Shown in pieces: positions 1 to 11,586 of a stretch of DNA of 39,396 nucleotides (position 1 is the stretch's first letter; every line of letters begins with the position of its first letter). The notes under the pieces are model-generated. The model searched no databases. It saw only the letters and a list, made by a program, of their open reading frames with translations, and had not been told where the DNA came from. Made by a program: the position numbers and the translations under genes. The DNA is from Candidatus Hydrogenedentota bacterium (GTDB lineage Bacteria > Hydrogenedentota > Hydrogenedentia > Hydrogenedentales > SLHB01), in NCBI GenBank assembly GCA_045863335.1, contig BTVY01000054.1, positions 1 through 39,396 on the forward strand, written 5' to 3'.

Positions 1-55
1 TCGCGAAGGCGGGCGCACCGTCGGCGCCGGCGTGGTCACCAAAATCATCGAGTAA
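1..55 (+). CDS. tuf: Elongation factor Tu, 3' end (partial)
   Basis: Frame from nt 2 reads REGGRTVGAGVVTKIIE*, the canonical EF-Tu C-terminus; directly upstream of rpsJ. Not in the ORF track. Confidence 0.96.
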   Translation, partial: REGGRTVGAGVVTKIIE

Positions 56-137
56 TTGAGCCGGGGCAGTTCCCGGAAGAGGTAGAGCGTTTGCGACGCG
101 CCGCGACGACGCGGCAACAGGCAGGTGGAGACAGACA

Positions 138-449
138 ATGGCGGACAGCCAGAAAATACGAATCAAACTGCGAGCGTACGATCACCGGTTGCTGGATCAA
201 TCGACCCAGGAGATCGTGTCCGCGGCGCAGCGCACCGGCGCCAGCATTAACGGTCCAGTGCCGTTGCCGACGGCGATCTCAAAGTACACGGTGAACCGCT
301 CCCCGCACGTGGACAAGAAGTCGCGGGAACAGTTTGAAGTGCGGACGCACAAGCGGCTGTTGGACATTGTGAACCCCACGGCGCAGACCGTGGACGCCCT
401 GATGCGGTTGGATCTTCCGGCGGGCGTAGACGTGGAAATCAAGCAGTAG
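138..449 (+). CDS. rpsJ: 30S ribosomal protein S10 (uS10)
   Basis: [36 protein letters not shown] motifs; SD GGAG upstream. Confidence 0.99.
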   Translation: MADSQKIRIKLRAYDHRLLDQSTQEIVSAAQRTGASINGPVPLPTAISKYTVNRSPHVDKKSREQFEVRTHKRLLDIVNPTAQTVDALMRLDLPAGVDVEIKQ

Positions 450-504
450 GGAACGGCGAGCCCGAGGGGCGCGGCGGATGACCGCTGAACAGGGATTGGC
501 AACA

Positions 505-1140
505 ATGCTAACGGGATTGTTAGGACGAAAGCTGGGCATGACCCGGATCTTCACCGAGGACGGTCGCTGGATCGAAGTGACCTTGCTCGAGGCGGGTCCG
601 TGCACGGTGGTGCAGCGGAAAACGCAGGATAGCGACGGGTACGAAGCCGTTCAGCTTGGGTTCGGATCGAAGAAGGAATCCGGTTGCACGAAACCGGCGC
701 TGGGACATTTCAAGAAGGCCGGAACGGGCGCGAAAGCGACGCTGAAAGAGTTTCCGGTGGCTTCCGGCGAAGAGCTGAAAGTCGGCGACGAGATCAAGGC
801 GGACCTCTTTGCGGTGGGTGACCGCGTCGATGTGAGCGGGACGAGCAAGGGCGCGGGCTACGCCGGTGTGCAGAAGCGGCACGGCTTCGGCGGCGGACCC
901 GAAACGCACGGCTCGAACTTTCACCGCCGGCCCGGTTCGATCGGAACGAGCGCGACGCCGTCCCGCACCTTGAAGGGCATGAAGATGGCCGGGCAGATGG
1001 GCAACGAACGCGTCACCATCCAGAACCTGGAAGTGGTTCAGGTGAACCTCGAGAAGAACCTCATCGCGTTGCGCGGCTGCGTACCGGGCAAGCCCGGCGG
1101 CATCGTGGAAGTGAAAAAGACCGTGAAAGGATCGCGTTAA
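505..1140 (+). CDS. rplC: 50S ribosomal protein L3 (uL3)
   Basis: [45 protein letters not shown]; ATG 505 preferred to ORF-track start 478 by homology. Confidence 0.98.
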   Translation: MLTGLLGRKLGMTRIFTEDGRWIEVTLLEAGPCTVVQRKTQDSDGYEAVQLGFGSKKESGCTKPALGHFKKAGTGAKATLKEFPVASGEELKVGDEIKADLFAVGDRVDVSGTSKGAGYAGVQKRHGFGGGPETHGSNFHRRPGSIGTSATPSRTLKGMKMAGQMGNERVTIQNLEVVQVNLEKNLIALRGCVPGKPGGIVEVKKTVKGSR

Positions 1141-1142
1141 CC

Positions 1143-1769
1143 ATGGCTTCGGCGAAAGTATTCAAGATGGACGGCAGCGAGGCCGGCACGCTGGATCTCG
1201 ACACGGCCGTATTCGACGTCCAGCCCAATGAGACGCTGGTCCACGAAGTGGTGTTGGCGCTTCGCAATGCAAAACGACAGGGCAACGCGCAGACGAAGAA
1301 CCGCTCGCAGGTGAGCGGCGGCGGCAAGAAGCCGTACCGCCAGAAGGGCACGGGCAACGCCCGTCACGGCAGCACGCGCGAACCGCAAATGCGGGGCGGC
1401 GGCGTGGTGTGGGGCCCGAAGAAGCGCAGTTACCGGCAAAGCGTGCCGACGGCGTTCCGCCGGAAGGCTTTGTGTTGTGTGTTGAGTGACCGGGTTCGGA
1501 AGGACGCCTTGTGTGTGCTGGATTCGCTCGCGTGCGACAGCCCGAAGACCAAGCCCTTCGCGGAAATGGTCGGCAAGTTATCTCCCGATGGCAAGAAGAC
1601 GCTGTTTGTGACCGTAGAGACGGACGACAACGTCGCCTTGTCGGCGCGCAATCTGAACCGCGTTGCCCTGAAGCGGGCGAGCGATCTGAATGCGCTGGAT
1701 GTGTTGAGTTACGGCCGGGTCGTGTTGGTCCGTGAGGCCGTCGCCAAGCTTGAGGAGCGCCTCAAATGA
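1143..1769 (+). CDS. rplD: 50S ribosomal protein L4 (uL4)
   Basis: RQGNAQTKNRSQVSGGGKKPYRQKGTGNARHGS, RGGGVVWGP. Confidence 0.99.
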   Translation: MASAKVFKMDGSEAGTLDLDTAVFDVQPNETLVHEVVLALRNAKRQGNAQTKNRSQVSGGGKKPYRQKGTGNARHGSTREPQMRGGGVVWGPKKRSYRQSVPTAFRRKALCCVLSDRVRKDALCVLDSLACDSPKTKPFAEMVGKLSPDGKKTLFVTVETDDNVALSARNLNRVALKRASDLNALDVLSYGRVVLVREAVAKLEERLK

Positions 1770-2053
1770 AATCCGATCCGTTTTATATCGTCAAGAGGCC
1801 GATCATCACGGAAGAGTCCACGATTCAGCAGCAGACGCGGAATCAGTACGTGTTCCAGGTGGATCCCCGCGCCAACAAACATCAGATACGCGACGCGATC
1901 GAGCTGATGTTCCAGGTGAAGGTCCTGGCCGTGAATACGATGAACTATGATGGGAAGCAGCGGCGCCGAGGCCGCACCGTGGGGCGTCGTCCCCACTGGA
2001 AAAAGGCGGTCGTTACGCTGCGTCAGGGCGACGTGATCGACCTGATCGGGTAG
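1766..2053 (+). CDS. rplW: 50S ribosomal protein L23 (uL23)
   Basis: [32 protein letters not shown]; ATGA overlap with rplD. Confidence 0.98.
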   Translation: MKSDPFYIVKRPIITEESTIQQQTRNQYVFQVDPRANKHQIRDAIELMFQVKVLAVNTMNYDGKQRRRGRTVGRRPHWKKAVVTLRQGDVIDLIG

Positions 2054-2067
2054 GAGTCGCAGGGATT

Positions 2068-2895
2068 ATGGGTATCAAGAAATTTAAGCCGGTGACGCCC
2101 TCGCAACGCGGGATGAGCGTATCGGACTTCGCGGAAATCACGAAGGACACGCCGGAGAAGGCTTTGACCGGCCCCATGCGGCGCAAGTCCGGCCGGAACA
2201 ACCTTGGCCGTGTCACCATGCGGCGTCGCGGCGGCGGTCATAAACGCCGGTACCGCATCGTGGATTTTCGCCGGGAGAAGGACGGGGTGCCGTGCAAAGT
2301 TACGGCCATCGAGTACGATCCGAACCGGTCGGCGCGCATTGCGCTGGTCGTGTATGCGGACGGCGAGAAGCGGTACATCATCGCGCCGAACGGACTCGAA
2401 GTGGGTATGACGCTGTTGAGCGGGCCGACCGCTGACTTTCAGGTCGGCAACTGCTTGCCGCTCGCGAATATCCCGCTGGGTACCGAAATTCACAACGTCG
2501 AACTGACCCCCGGCAAGGGCGGGCAGATCGCCCGGTCCGCCGGAAACGGTTGCCAGTTGTTGGCGAAAGAAGGCGAGCACGCCGCGTTGCGGATGCCGTC
2601 CGGCGAGATGCGGCGCGTGTTTCTCTCGTGCCGCGCGACCATTGGTCACGTGGGCAACGAAGACCACAGCAACATCAGCATCGGAAAGGCCGGCCGCACC
2701 CGCTGGAAGGGCAGGCGTCCGAAGGTTCGCGGCGTGGCGATGAACCCGGTGGACCACCCGCACGGCGGCGGTGAAGGCCGCACGTCCGGCGGACGCCACC
2801 CGGTGACGCCGTGGGGCGTGTCGACGAAGGGTCACAAGACCCGGAAAGAGAAGAAGCGTTCGAACGTATTTATCATCCGGCGGCGTAAGGCCTAA
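2068..2895 (+). CDS. rplB: 50S ribosomal protein L2 (uL2)
   Basis: [39 protein letters not shown]. Confidence 0.99.
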   Translation: MGIKKFKPVTPSQRGMSVSDFAEITKDTPEKALTGPMRRKSGRNNLGRVTMRRRGGGHKRRYRIVDFRREKDGVPCKVTAIEYDPNRSARIALVVYADGEKRYIIAPNGLEVGMTLLSGPTADFQVGNCLPLANIPLGTEIHNVELTPGKGGQIARSAGNGCQLLAKEGEHAALRMPSGEMRRVFLSCRATIGHVGNEDHSNISIGKAGRTRWKGRRPKVRGVAMNPVDHPHGGGEGRTSGGRHPVTPWGVSTKGHKTRKEKKRSNVFIIRRRKA

Positions 2896-2960
2896 GGGTT
2901 GCATCCCGAGAGGGAAGCGTCCGCGATGAGGCGGACAAGCAGAAACAGGAGATAGGAACC

Positions 2961-3227
2961 GTGCCACGCTCAGTAAAGAAAGGCCCGTTCGTTGACGACC
3001 ACCTGATGAAGAAGGTGGAGAAGCACATGTCATCGGGCGACAAGCGCGTCATCCGCACGTGGTCGCGCCGCTCGACGGTCACGCCGGACATGGTGGGACT
3101 GACGATCGCGGTTCACAACGGCAACAAGTTCCTGCCCGTGTTCGTCTCGGAGAACATGGTGGGGCATAAGTTGGGCGAGTTCGCCCCGACGCGGACCTAC
3201 AAGGGTCACGCGGGCGCCAAGAAGTAG
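2961..3227 (+). CDS. rpsS: 30S ribosomal protein S19 (uS19)
   Basis: [33 protein letters not shown]; GTG start. Confidence 0.99.
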   Translation: MPRSVKKGPFVDDHLMKKVEKHMSSGDKRVIRTWSRRSTVTPDMVGLTIAVHNGNKFLPVFVSENMVGHKLGEFAPTRTYKGHAGAKK

Positions 3228-3242
3228 AAAGGGAGGTTGACC

Positions 3243-3599
3243 ATGCCGGTAGCAGTGGCTCGGGCCAAACATCTGCGCGTATCGCCGCGCAAGCTGCGGT
3301 TGGTTGCCGACCTGATCCGCGGCAAGAAGGTCGCCGAAGCGCGCGACATTCTGCAGTTCACGGTGAAGGGCGGATCGCCCATGCTTTCCAAGGTGCTGGC
3401 GTCGGCCGTGGCGAACGCGGAAAGCAAAGCCGCCGAACGCCGCGAACGCCTGGACACGGATGAGATGTTTGTGCAGAAAATCCAGGTGAACGACGGGTTG
3501 AACGTGATGAAACGGTACAAGCCGGGTCCCCGGGGCCGCGCCATGCGGATTCGCAAGCGCATGAGCCACGTGGAACTGGTGATTTCGGATACGAAGTAA
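3243..3599 (+). CDS. rplV: 50S ribosomal protein L22 (uL22)
   Basis: [37 protein letters not shown]; SD GGAGG 6 nt before ATG 3243. Confidence 0.98.
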   Translation: MPVAVARAKHLRVSPRKLRLVADLIRGKKVAEARDILQFTVKGGSPMLSKVLASAVANAESKAAERRERLDTDEMFVQKIQVNDGLNVMKRYKPGPRGRAMRIRKRMSHVELVISDTK

Positions 3600-3652
3600 G
3601 GGACGCCGCGCGTGGTGCGCGGCAAACGAGTGAGTACGTAAGGAGAACATCG

Positions 3653-4351
3653 GTGGGTCAGAAGGTACATCCGCTGGGCTTTCGCCTGGGCGTGATCCGC
3701 ACCTGGAGTTCGATCTGGTACGCCGGACGCGATTACGCGGATCTGCTCCATGAAGATTTGAAGCTGCGCGACTACATCAAGAAGCGGCTGTACAACACCG
3801 GTGTGGCTCGCGTGGATATCGAACGCGCCGGCCGCAAGGCGAAGGTGCATATTTACACGGCGCGCCCGGGCCTGGTCATCGGCCAGCGCGGCGCGGAAGT
3901 CGACAAACTGCGGTTCGAGCTGGAGAAGCTGACGGGCCGGGAGCTGTTGATCAACATTCACGAAGTGATGAGCCCGGAGCTGAACGCGCAATTGGTGGCC
4001 GAGAGCATCGCGTCCCAGTTGGAGCGGCGCGTGTCGTTCCGCCGGGCCATGAAGAAGGCCATGCAGAACACCATGCGCCTGGGCGCGAAGGGCATTCGCC
4101 TGCGCGTGGCGGGCCGCTTGAACGGCGCGGAAATCGCCCGGCAGGAGCAGGCGCGCGACGGCAGCATTCCGCTGCACACCCTGCGGGCCGATGTGGACTA
4201 CGGTCTGGCGACGAGCTTCACGACCTACGGGACTATCGGCGTAAAGTGCTGGATTTACCATGGCGACGTGGAGCCGGGTGGAATGGCTTCCGGTCCCGCC
4301 GACGCACGTGGAGTACAGGGACGCCGGGATCGCGGCGCGCCCCGTCAGTAA
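3653..4351 (+). CDS. rpsC: 30S ribosomal protein S3 (uS3)
   Basis: [15 protein letters not shown] domain [29 protein letters not shown]. Confidence 0.99.
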   Translation: MGQKVHPLGFRLGVIRTWSSIWYAGRDYADLLHEDLKLRDYIKKRLYNTGVARVDIERAGRKAKVHIYTARPGLVIGQRGAEVDKLRFELEKLTGRELLINIHEVMSPELNAQLVAESIASQLERRVSFRRAMKKAMQNTMRLGAKGIRLRVAGRLNGAEIARQEQARDGSIPLHTLRADVDYGLATSFTTYGTIGVKCWIYHGDVEPGGMASGPADARGVQGRRDRGAPRQ

Positions 4352-4373
4352 GTAATCGAGGAGAATCAGTAGC

Positions 4374-4781
4374 ATGCTGATGCCGAAGCGAGTAAAGCAC
4401 CGCAAACAGCAGCGCGGCCGTCGTACGGGCGCGAGCAAGGGCGGCACGCAGGTGGATTTTGGCGAGTTTGGGTTGAAGGCCCTCCAGGACGGATGGGTCA
4501 CCGCCCGGCAGATCGAGGCGGCCCGTATCGCGCTGACCCGCCATATCAAACGCGGCGGGAAGATCTGGATCCGGGTGTTTCCGGACAAGCCGATCACCAA
4601 GAAGCCCGCGGAAGTGCGTATGGGTAAAGGTAAGGGCGCGCCGGAAGAGTGGGTTGCGGTCGTCAAACCGGGCCGCGTGATGTTCGAACTGGAAGGCGTG
4701 ACCGAAGAACTGGCCCGCGAGGCGGTACGCCTGGCCGGGCATAAGCTGCCGATCTCGACGAAGTTCGTGAAGCGGCCGTAA
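4374..4781 (+). CDS. rplP: 50S ribosomal protein L16 (uL16)
   Basis: [29 protein letters not shown]. Confidence 0.99.
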   Translation: MLMPKRVKHRKQQRGRRTGASKGGTQVDFGEFGLKALQDGWVTARQIEAARIALTRHIKRGGKIWIRVFPDKPITKKPAEVRMGKGKGAPEEWVAVVKPGRVMFELEGVTEELAREAVRLAGHKLPISTKFVKRP

Positions 4782-4795
4782 TACGGAGAGTGGAC

Positions 4796-5005
4796 GTGAA
4801 AGCGAAGGAACTTCGAGAACTGTCCGACGACGAGTTGGGAACGCAGTTAAAAGAGCGGAGCGAGGCGCTGCGGAATTTTCATTTCCAGATGGCGACGAGC
4901 TCGGTGGACAACACCCGCGGTGCGCGCCAGGCGCGGCGCGACGTGGCGCGAATCAGGACAATCATGCGGGAGCGGGAGCTGACCGCGAAGAAAGAGGCAC
5001 AGTAG
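4796..5005 (+). CDS. rpmC: 50S ribosomal protein L29 (uL29)
   Basis: [13 protein letters not shown]...[15 protein letters not shown]; GTG 4796 fits SD GGAG spacing better than 4790. Confidence 0.96.
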   Translation: MKAKELRELSDDELGTQLKERSEALRNFHFQMATSSVDNTRGARQARRDVARIRTIMRERELTAKKEAQ

Positions 5006-5006
5006 C

Positions 5007-5264
5007 ATGAGCGAACGGGGCGGCAGAAAAGAGCGGGTGGGTTTGGTCACCAGCGCGGCGATGGACAAGACCATCACGGTCAGCGTCGAGCGCTTCGTGC
5101 AGCACCGCCTGTACCGGAAGGGTGTGAAGCAGACGAAGAAATTCAAGGCTCACGATCAGGAGAACACGTGCAACGTGGGCGACCTGGTCCGCATTCGGGA
5201 GACCCGCCCGCTGAGCAAGACCAAGCGCTGGCGTCTCATCGAAGTCGTGAAACGCGCCGAGTAA
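5007..5264 (+). CDS. rpsQ: 30S ribosomal protein S17 (uS17)
   Basis: [25 protein letters not shown]. Confidence 0.99.
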   Translation: MSERGGRKERVGLVTSAAMDKTITVSVERFVQHRLYRKGVKQTKKFKAHDQENTCNVGDLVRIRETRPLSKTKRWRLIEVVKRAE

Positions 5265-5283
5265 CCGGTAAGGGAACGGATCC

Positions 5284-5652
5284 ATGATTCAGATTTATTC
5301 GAACCTTGAAGTCGCCGACAACACCGGCGCCCGGCGTTTGCGTTGCATCCAGGTGATGGGTGGAACCCGCCGCCGGTACGCCCACGTGGGCGACATTATC
5401 ACGGCTTCCGTGAAAGAGGCCCTGCCGAACTCGGGCGTGAAGAAGGGCGACGTGGTGAAGGCCGTCATCGTGCGGACCAAGCAGGACACGCAGCGGCCGG
5501 ACGGCACGGTGATCCGGTTCGACTCGAACGCGGCGGTGCTGATCAACCCGAACAAAGAACCGCGCGGCACGCGCATCTTCGGCCCCGTTCCGCGCGAACT
5601 GCGCGACCGCGGGTACATGCGAATCATTTCGCTGGCGCCGGAAGTGGTATAG
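5284..5652 (+). CDS. rplN: 50S ribosomal protein L14 (uL14)
   Basis: [37 protein letters not shown]. Confidence 0.99.
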   Translation: MIQIYSNLEVADNTGARRLRCIQVMGGTRRRYAHVGDIITASVKEALPNSGVKKGDVVKAVIVRTKQDTQRPDGTVIRFDSNAAVLINPNKEPRGTRIFGPVPRELRDRGYMRIISLAPEVV

Positions 5653-5664
5653 GGGAGCGGAACG

Positions 5665-5979
5665 ATGCATATCCGAAAAGGCGATACGGTGGTCGTGATC
5701 ACCGGAAAATATAAGGGACGCCGGGGCCGTGTGCTCCGGGTTCTGCCGAAAGAGGATCGGCTGCTGGTGGAAGGCGTGAACATGATGAAACGCCACACCA
5801 AACCGTCGAACCGCAATCAGCAGGGCGGTATTGTGGAGCGCGAAGCGCCGATTCACGTGTCGAACGTGATGGCGTGGTGCGACTCGGTCAGCAAGCCCTC
5901 GAAGATTTTGATGAAGAAACTGGAAGACGGGTCGCGGGTTCGCGTATTCAAGATCAATGGCGAAACCCTGAACGACTAA
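5665..5979 (+). CDS. rplX: 50S ribosomal protein L24 (uL24)
   Basis: KOW motif [16 protein letters not shown]; [15 protein letters not shown]. Confidence 0.99.
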   Translation: MHIRKGDTVVVITGKYKGRRGRVLRVLPKEDRLLVEGVNMMKRHTKPSNRNQQGGIVEREAPIHVSNVMAWCDSVSKPSKILMKKLEDGSRVRVFKINGETLND

Positions 5980-6061
5980 CGAAGAGCGATCCCAACGATC
6001 GGTGCGATCCCGTAGCGGCAGCGCAGGACAAGCGGGACGCTCCGGCAGGAGAAAAGAGACC

Positions 6062-6607
6062 GTGGCCGCCAGACTGAAAGAGTTGTATAACAGCAAGATC
6101 CTCGCCGAGATGCGGGATCAGTTTAAATTTGAGAACGTCATGGAAGTACCGCGCATCGAGAAGATCGTGGTGAACATGGGCGTGGGCGACGGTCAGAGCG
6201 ATCCGCGCATGATGGAGAACGCGGTCGCCGAGTTGTCGGCGATCACGGGTCAGAAGCCGAGCATTCGGAAGGCGCGCAAATCCATCGCGAACTTCAAGGT
6301 GCGCGAAGGCGCGAACATCGGGTGCATGGTGACATTGCGCGGCGATCGGATGTACGAGTTTATGGACCGGCTGTTGAACGTGGCGATTCCGCGTATCCGC
6401 GACTTTCGCGGGGTGTCGCCGAAGGCCTTCGACAAGTTCGGCAACTATACGCTGGGAATTCGCGAGCAGTCGATTTTCCCGGAAGTGAATATCGACGCGA
6501 TCGTGCGGCCGCGAGGCATGAACATTACGTTCGTGATTCCCAAGGCCCGTTCGGTCGAGGAAAGCCGTGAACTGTTGCGCAAGTTCGGGATGCCGTTCCG
6601 CGCATAA
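6062..6607 (+). CDS. rplE: 50S ribosomal protein L5 (uL5)
   Basis: PRIEKIVVNMGVG, ITGQKP, PRIRDFRG, IFPE; GTG 6062 after AGGAG preferred to ORF-track start 6002. Confidence 0.98.
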   Translation: MAARLKELYNSKILAEMRDQFKFENVMEVPRIEKIVVNMGVGDGQSDPRMMENAVAELSAITGQKPSIRKARKSIANFKVREGANIGCMVTLRGDRMYEFMDRLLNVAIPRIRDFRGVSPKAFDKFGNYTLGIREQSIFPEVNIDAIVRPRGMNITFVIPKARSVEESRELLRKFGMPFRA

Positions 6608-6642
6608 GGTGAAGACCCGAACCGGGTCAAGGAGAAGATAGC

Positions 6643-6828
6643 GTGGCGAAGAAGTCGATGATTGCGAAATGCGCGCGGGCGCCCAAGTTCAAGGCGCGCG
6701 CCTATAACCGGTGCCGGCTGTGCGGCCGTCCCCGGAGCTACATGCGCAAGTTCGGAATTTGCCGTATCTGTTTCCGGAAGCTGGCCCTGGAAGGTTTGCT
6801 CCCGGGCGTGACGAAGTCGAGCTGGTAA
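6643..6828 (+). CDS. rpsN: 30S ribosomal protein S14, 61-aa zinc-binding (type Z) form
   Basis: RCRLCGRPR...[14 protein letters not shown]. Confidence 0.98.
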   Translation: MAKKSMIAKCARAPKFKARAYNRCRLCGRPRSYMRKFGICRICFRKLALEGLLPGVTKSSW

Positions 6829-6882
6829 ACCATCGCGCCGGTTGGCGCGGTATCGATAGCAGGAAAAGAGGAAAACGAACCC

Positions 6883-7281
6883 ATGTCCATGAGCGACCCG
6901 ATCGCAGATTTGATCACCCGGATGCGTAACGGGATGTCGGCCCGGCACGACCGTGTGGACGTGCCCGCATCTCGGCTGAAGGCGCAAATCTGTGCTGTCT
7001 TACAGCAGGAAGGCTACATCGCGGGCTACAAGCTCGTCGAAGACGACAAGCAAGGGATCCTGCAGGTATCGTTGCGCTATCTGGAGAATCAGCAGCCGGT
7101 CGTTCACGGGATGCGCCGGGTGAGCAAACCGAGCCTGCGCGTGTACGTGGGCAGCGGCGACATCAAGCCGGTCCGAAGCGGGCTCGGGATTTCGATCGTG
7201 AGCACCTCCAAGGGCGTCATGACAGGGAAACAGGCGCGCGCCAGCAAAGTAGGCGGCGAAGTACTCTGCGAAGTCTGGTAG
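6883..7281 (+). CDS. rpsH: 30S ribosomal protein S8 (uS8)
   Basis: DPIADLITRMRN, RVSKPSLRVY, STSKGVMT, GGEVLC. Confidence 0.99.
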   Translation: MSMSDPIADLITRMRNGMSARHDRVDVPASRLKAQICAVLQQEGYIAGYKLVEDDKQGILQVSLRYLENQQPVVHGMRRVSKPSLRVYVGSGDIKPVRSGLGISIVSTSKGVMTGKQARASKVGGEVLCEVW

Positions 7282-7311
7282 ACCTCGCCGTAGACGAAAG
7301 GAAAGTAGACC

Positions 7312-7851
7312 GTGTCGAGAGTAGGGAAACTGCCGGTAACGATTCCGGGCGGGGTGAAGTGCGAACTCAAGGGTTCGCATCTGAAGGTCACCGGCCCGAA
7401 GGGTTCGCTGGAGCGTATGTTGAACTCCGAGATGAACGTGACGGTGGACGATGCGGCCGTTACGATTACGCGCCCGACCGACCAGCCGGAACACCGCGCG
7501 ATGCACGGATTGACCCGGGCGTTGGTCCAGAACATGGTGACCGGTGTGACGTCCGGCTACGTGCGCACGCTGGTGATCAACGGCGTCGGCTACCGCGCGG
7601 CGATGCAGGGCAAGAGCCTGACTCTGTCGGTGGGGTACAGCCATCCGGTTGCGATTGATCCGCCGGACGGGATTACCTTCAGCGTGGAAGGCACGCAGAC
7701 GATCAAGGTGGAAGGCATCGATAAGCAGTTGGTGGGCCAGGTGGCGGCCAACGTGCGGGCGTGGCGCAAGCCGGAGCCGTACAAGGGTAAGGGCATTCGC
7801 TACGAGAACGAACAGATTCGCCGCAAGGTCGGTAAGGCCGGCGCGAAGTAA
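7312..7851 (+). CDS. rplF: 50S ribosomal protein L6 (uL6)
   Basis: SRVGKLPV, GVGYRA, GYSHP, PEPYKGKGIRY. Confidence 0.99.
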   Translation: MSRVGKLPVTIPGGVKCELKGSHLKVTGPKGSLERMLNSEMNVTVDDAAVTITRPTDQPEHRAMHGLTRALVQNMVTGVTSGYVRTLVINGVGYRAAMQGKSLTLSVGYSHPVAIDPPDGITFSVEGTQTIKVEGIDKQLVGQVAANVRAWRKPEPYKGKGIRYENEQIRRKVGKAGAK

Positions 7852-7876
7852 TATCGCCAGGGAGATTTAAGGGACC

Positions 7877-8230
7877 ATGAGTAATCGGCATGAAAAACTG
7901 GATCGGCTGGCGCGGCGCCGGATGCGTGTGCGCAAGACCGTGCGCGGCACGACGGATCGGCCGCGGCTGACGGTGCGGTCCACGCTGAAGCACATCTATG
8001 CCCAGGTCATCGACGACTCCACGGGCAAGACCCTGGCGTCGGCGTCTTCCGTGTCGCTGAAGATCACGGGCGGCAACGTGGACGCGGCGAAAAGCGTCGG
8101 CAAGGCGCTGGCAGAAAGCGCGAAGGCGGCATCGGTGGAGCGCGTGTGCTTCGACCGGAACGGCCGCTTGTTTCACGGGCGCGTGAAAGCTTTGGCGGAC
8201 GCGGCCCGGGAAGGTGGATTGGATTTCTAA
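7877..8230 (+). CDS. rplR: 50S ribosomal protein L18 (uL18)
   Basis: [37 protein letters not shown]. Confidence 0.99.
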   Translation: MSNRHEKLDRLARRRMRVRKTVRGTTDRPRLTVRSTLKHIYAQVIDDSTGKTLASASSVSLKITGGNVDAAKSVGKALAESAKAASVERVCFDRNGRLFHGRVKALADAAREGGLDF

Positions 8231-8326
8231 GAATCGGTGCGGCGGCCGGCGGGCCCGGCGTGACGCCGCCATGGCAACGAAGCAGGCCGCACAACGCAGG
8301 CAACGACAACGGCCAGGAGAATCAGG

Positions 8327-8866
8327 TTGAGCACAGGGCAAGGGAAACGGGAAAGCCGCGGAGAACGCCGGGCGCGGTCCGAGCAGCCGGAATCGAACTT
8401 CATCGAATCCGTCGTCAAGATCTACCGCGTGGCCAAGGTCGTTAAAGGCGGCCGCAACTTCCGGTTCAGCGCCATCGTCGTAGTGGGCGACGGCAAGGGC
8501 CGCGTCGGCGCGGCGATGGGCAAAGCGCGGGAAGTTCCGGACGCGATTCGCAAGGCCATCGAACGCGCGAAGCGGAACATGGTACAAGTGCCGATTGTGA
8601 GCACGACCATCCCACACGAGGTCGTGGGCCGATCTGGTTCGGCGCGCGTGTTGTTGAAGCCCGCATCGCTGGGTACCGGTGTGGTCGCCGGCGGTCCGGT
8701 GCGCGCCGTGGTGGAAGCGGCCGGTTACCAGAACATTCTCACGAAGTCGCTGGGGTCCAACAATGCGACCAATGTCGTATGGGCCACAATGGACGGCTTG
8801 CGCCAGCTTCAAACGGCGGAAGAAATCGCGTCCATGCGCAACTTGGAAATCACGGCAGTCTTGTAG
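8327..8866 (+). CDS. rpsE: 30S ribosomal protein S5 (uS5)
   Basis: [42 protein letters not shown]; TTG start after AGGAG. Confidence 0.98.
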   Translation: MSTGQGKRESRGERRARSEQPESNFIESVVKIYRVAKVVKGGRNFRFSAIVVVGDGKGRVGAAMGKAREVPDAIRKAIERAKRNMVQVPIVSTTIPHEVVGRSGSARVLLKPASLGTGVVAGGPVRAVVEAAGYQNILTKSLGSNNATNVVWATMDGLRQLQTAEEIASMRNLEITAVL

Positions 8867-8925
8867 CGGATTGGGCGCCGGCGTGTACGCCGGGTCCGAC
8901 GCTTTTCGGTTAAGGAAGAACTACG

Positions 8926-9420
8926 ATGGAACTCAGCAAACTATCCAACGCTCCTGGCGCGCGGAAGAACCGCAAGCGTGTCGGCCGCGGTCCGGGTTCG
9001 GGCAACGGCAAGACGGCGGGTCGCGGGCACAAGGGGCAGAAATCGCGCGCCGGCGTGTCGCGCCGCGCCACCTTTGAAGGCGGCCAGACTCCGGTGAACC
9101 GGCGTTTGCCCAAGCGCGGATTTCATCACGCGTCGCGGTTCCCGAGTTCTATCGTCAACCTCGACAATCTCGACAAGGCCTTTAACGCGGGCGATGAAGT
9201 GAATCTGGAGTCGCTGGTTTCGGTAGGCCTTGCCGATCCGGCCAAGGGCGGCATCAAGATTCTCGGTCGCGGCGAAATCACGAAGAGACTGAACGTGAAG
9301 GCGAGCGCGATCAGCGCGGGGGCCCGTACAAAGATCGAAGCTGCGGGCGGTACCGTGGAGATCATCCCGGCCGTCAAGAACGGCGCGAAGGCGCCGAAGA
9401 CCGCGAGCCAGGAGGGCTAG
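8926..9420 (+). CDS. rplO: 50S ribosomal protein L15 (uL15)
   Basis: [39 protein letters not shown]. Confidence 0.99.
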   Translation: MELSKLSNAPGARKNRKRVGRGPGSGNGKTAGRGHKGQKSRAGVSRRATFEGGQTPVNRRLPKRGFHHASRFPSSIVNLDNLDKAFNAGDEVNLESLVSVGLADPAKGGIKILGRGEITKRLNVKASAISAGARTKIEAAGGTVEIIPAVKNGAKAPKTASQEG

Positions 9421-9423
9421 TTT

Positions 9424-10767
<1,344 letters not shown>

Positions 10768-10905
10768 TGGGACTGGGCCGCGCGGTAAACCCGTGAATCG
10801 ATTCGTTGCGCGAGGCATGGAAGCGAGACCTCGCTGGGAGATACAGGAAAACCCGGTACAGACCGATCGCCAAATGTGCGCCGAGCGAAAGTGAGTAGAG
10901 AATCC

Positions 10906-11586
10906 GTGGGATTGCGAATCGTTATACTCGGGGCGCCCGGCGCAGGGAAAGGCACCCAGGCGAGACGGCTGGCCTCGCGGAGACGCTTACCGCATGTCTC
11001 GACGGGAGACATCTTCCGCGGGCATATGACGGAGGACACGGCGTTTGCCCGGAAAATCCGGCCGTACATGGAATCGGGCGCGCTGGTGCCGGATGAATTG
11101 ACCTGCGCGATTGTAGAGGAGCGGCTGGCGGGTCTGGACTGCGACAGCGGCTACGTGCTGGACGGGTTTCCGCGTTCGCTGGCGCAGGCCGAGACGCTGG
11201 ACCTGCTGTTGGAAAAGCGCGGTGAGCGGCTGGACGCGGCGATTTGTCTGGTCGTGCCGGACGACGAGATCGTGGCGCGCTTGAGCGCGCGCAGGACGTG
11301 TCCCGTTTGTGGTACCATATACAATTTGAAGTTCGACCCGCCGAAGGGCGACCCGGCCCGTTGCGCGCGCAATGGATGTGCGGGGGTCTTGGTCCAGCGG
11401 CCGGATGACAATGAAGAGACGATCCGTCAGCGGTTGGTGGTGTATCACCAGATGACGGAGCCGATCGAGGCGTTCTACCAGGAACGGGGCCTGTTGAAAC
11501 CGGTTCCCGGAGACATCGCCCCGGACGACGTTTCGGCGAAAATTGAAGAGATTTTATGCGCTCTGGAAATGGTCCAAGAACCGTGA
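10906..11586 (+). CDS. adk: Adenylate kinase with long Cys-containing LID
   Basis: P-loop GAPGAGKGTQ, STGDIFR, LDGFPR, RPDD; start is GTG 10906 or TTG 10912. Confidence 0.96.
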   Translation: MGLRIVILGAPGAGKGTQARRLASRRRLPHVSTGDIFRGHMTEDTAFARKIRPYMESGALVPDELTCAIVEERLAGLDCDSGYVLDGFPRSLAQAETLDLLLEKRGERLDAAICLVVPDDEIVARLSARRTCPVCGTIYNLKFDPPKGDPARCARNGCAGVLVQRPDDNEETIRQRLVVYHQMTEPIEAFYQERGLLKPVPGDIAPDDVSAKIEEILCALEMVQEP

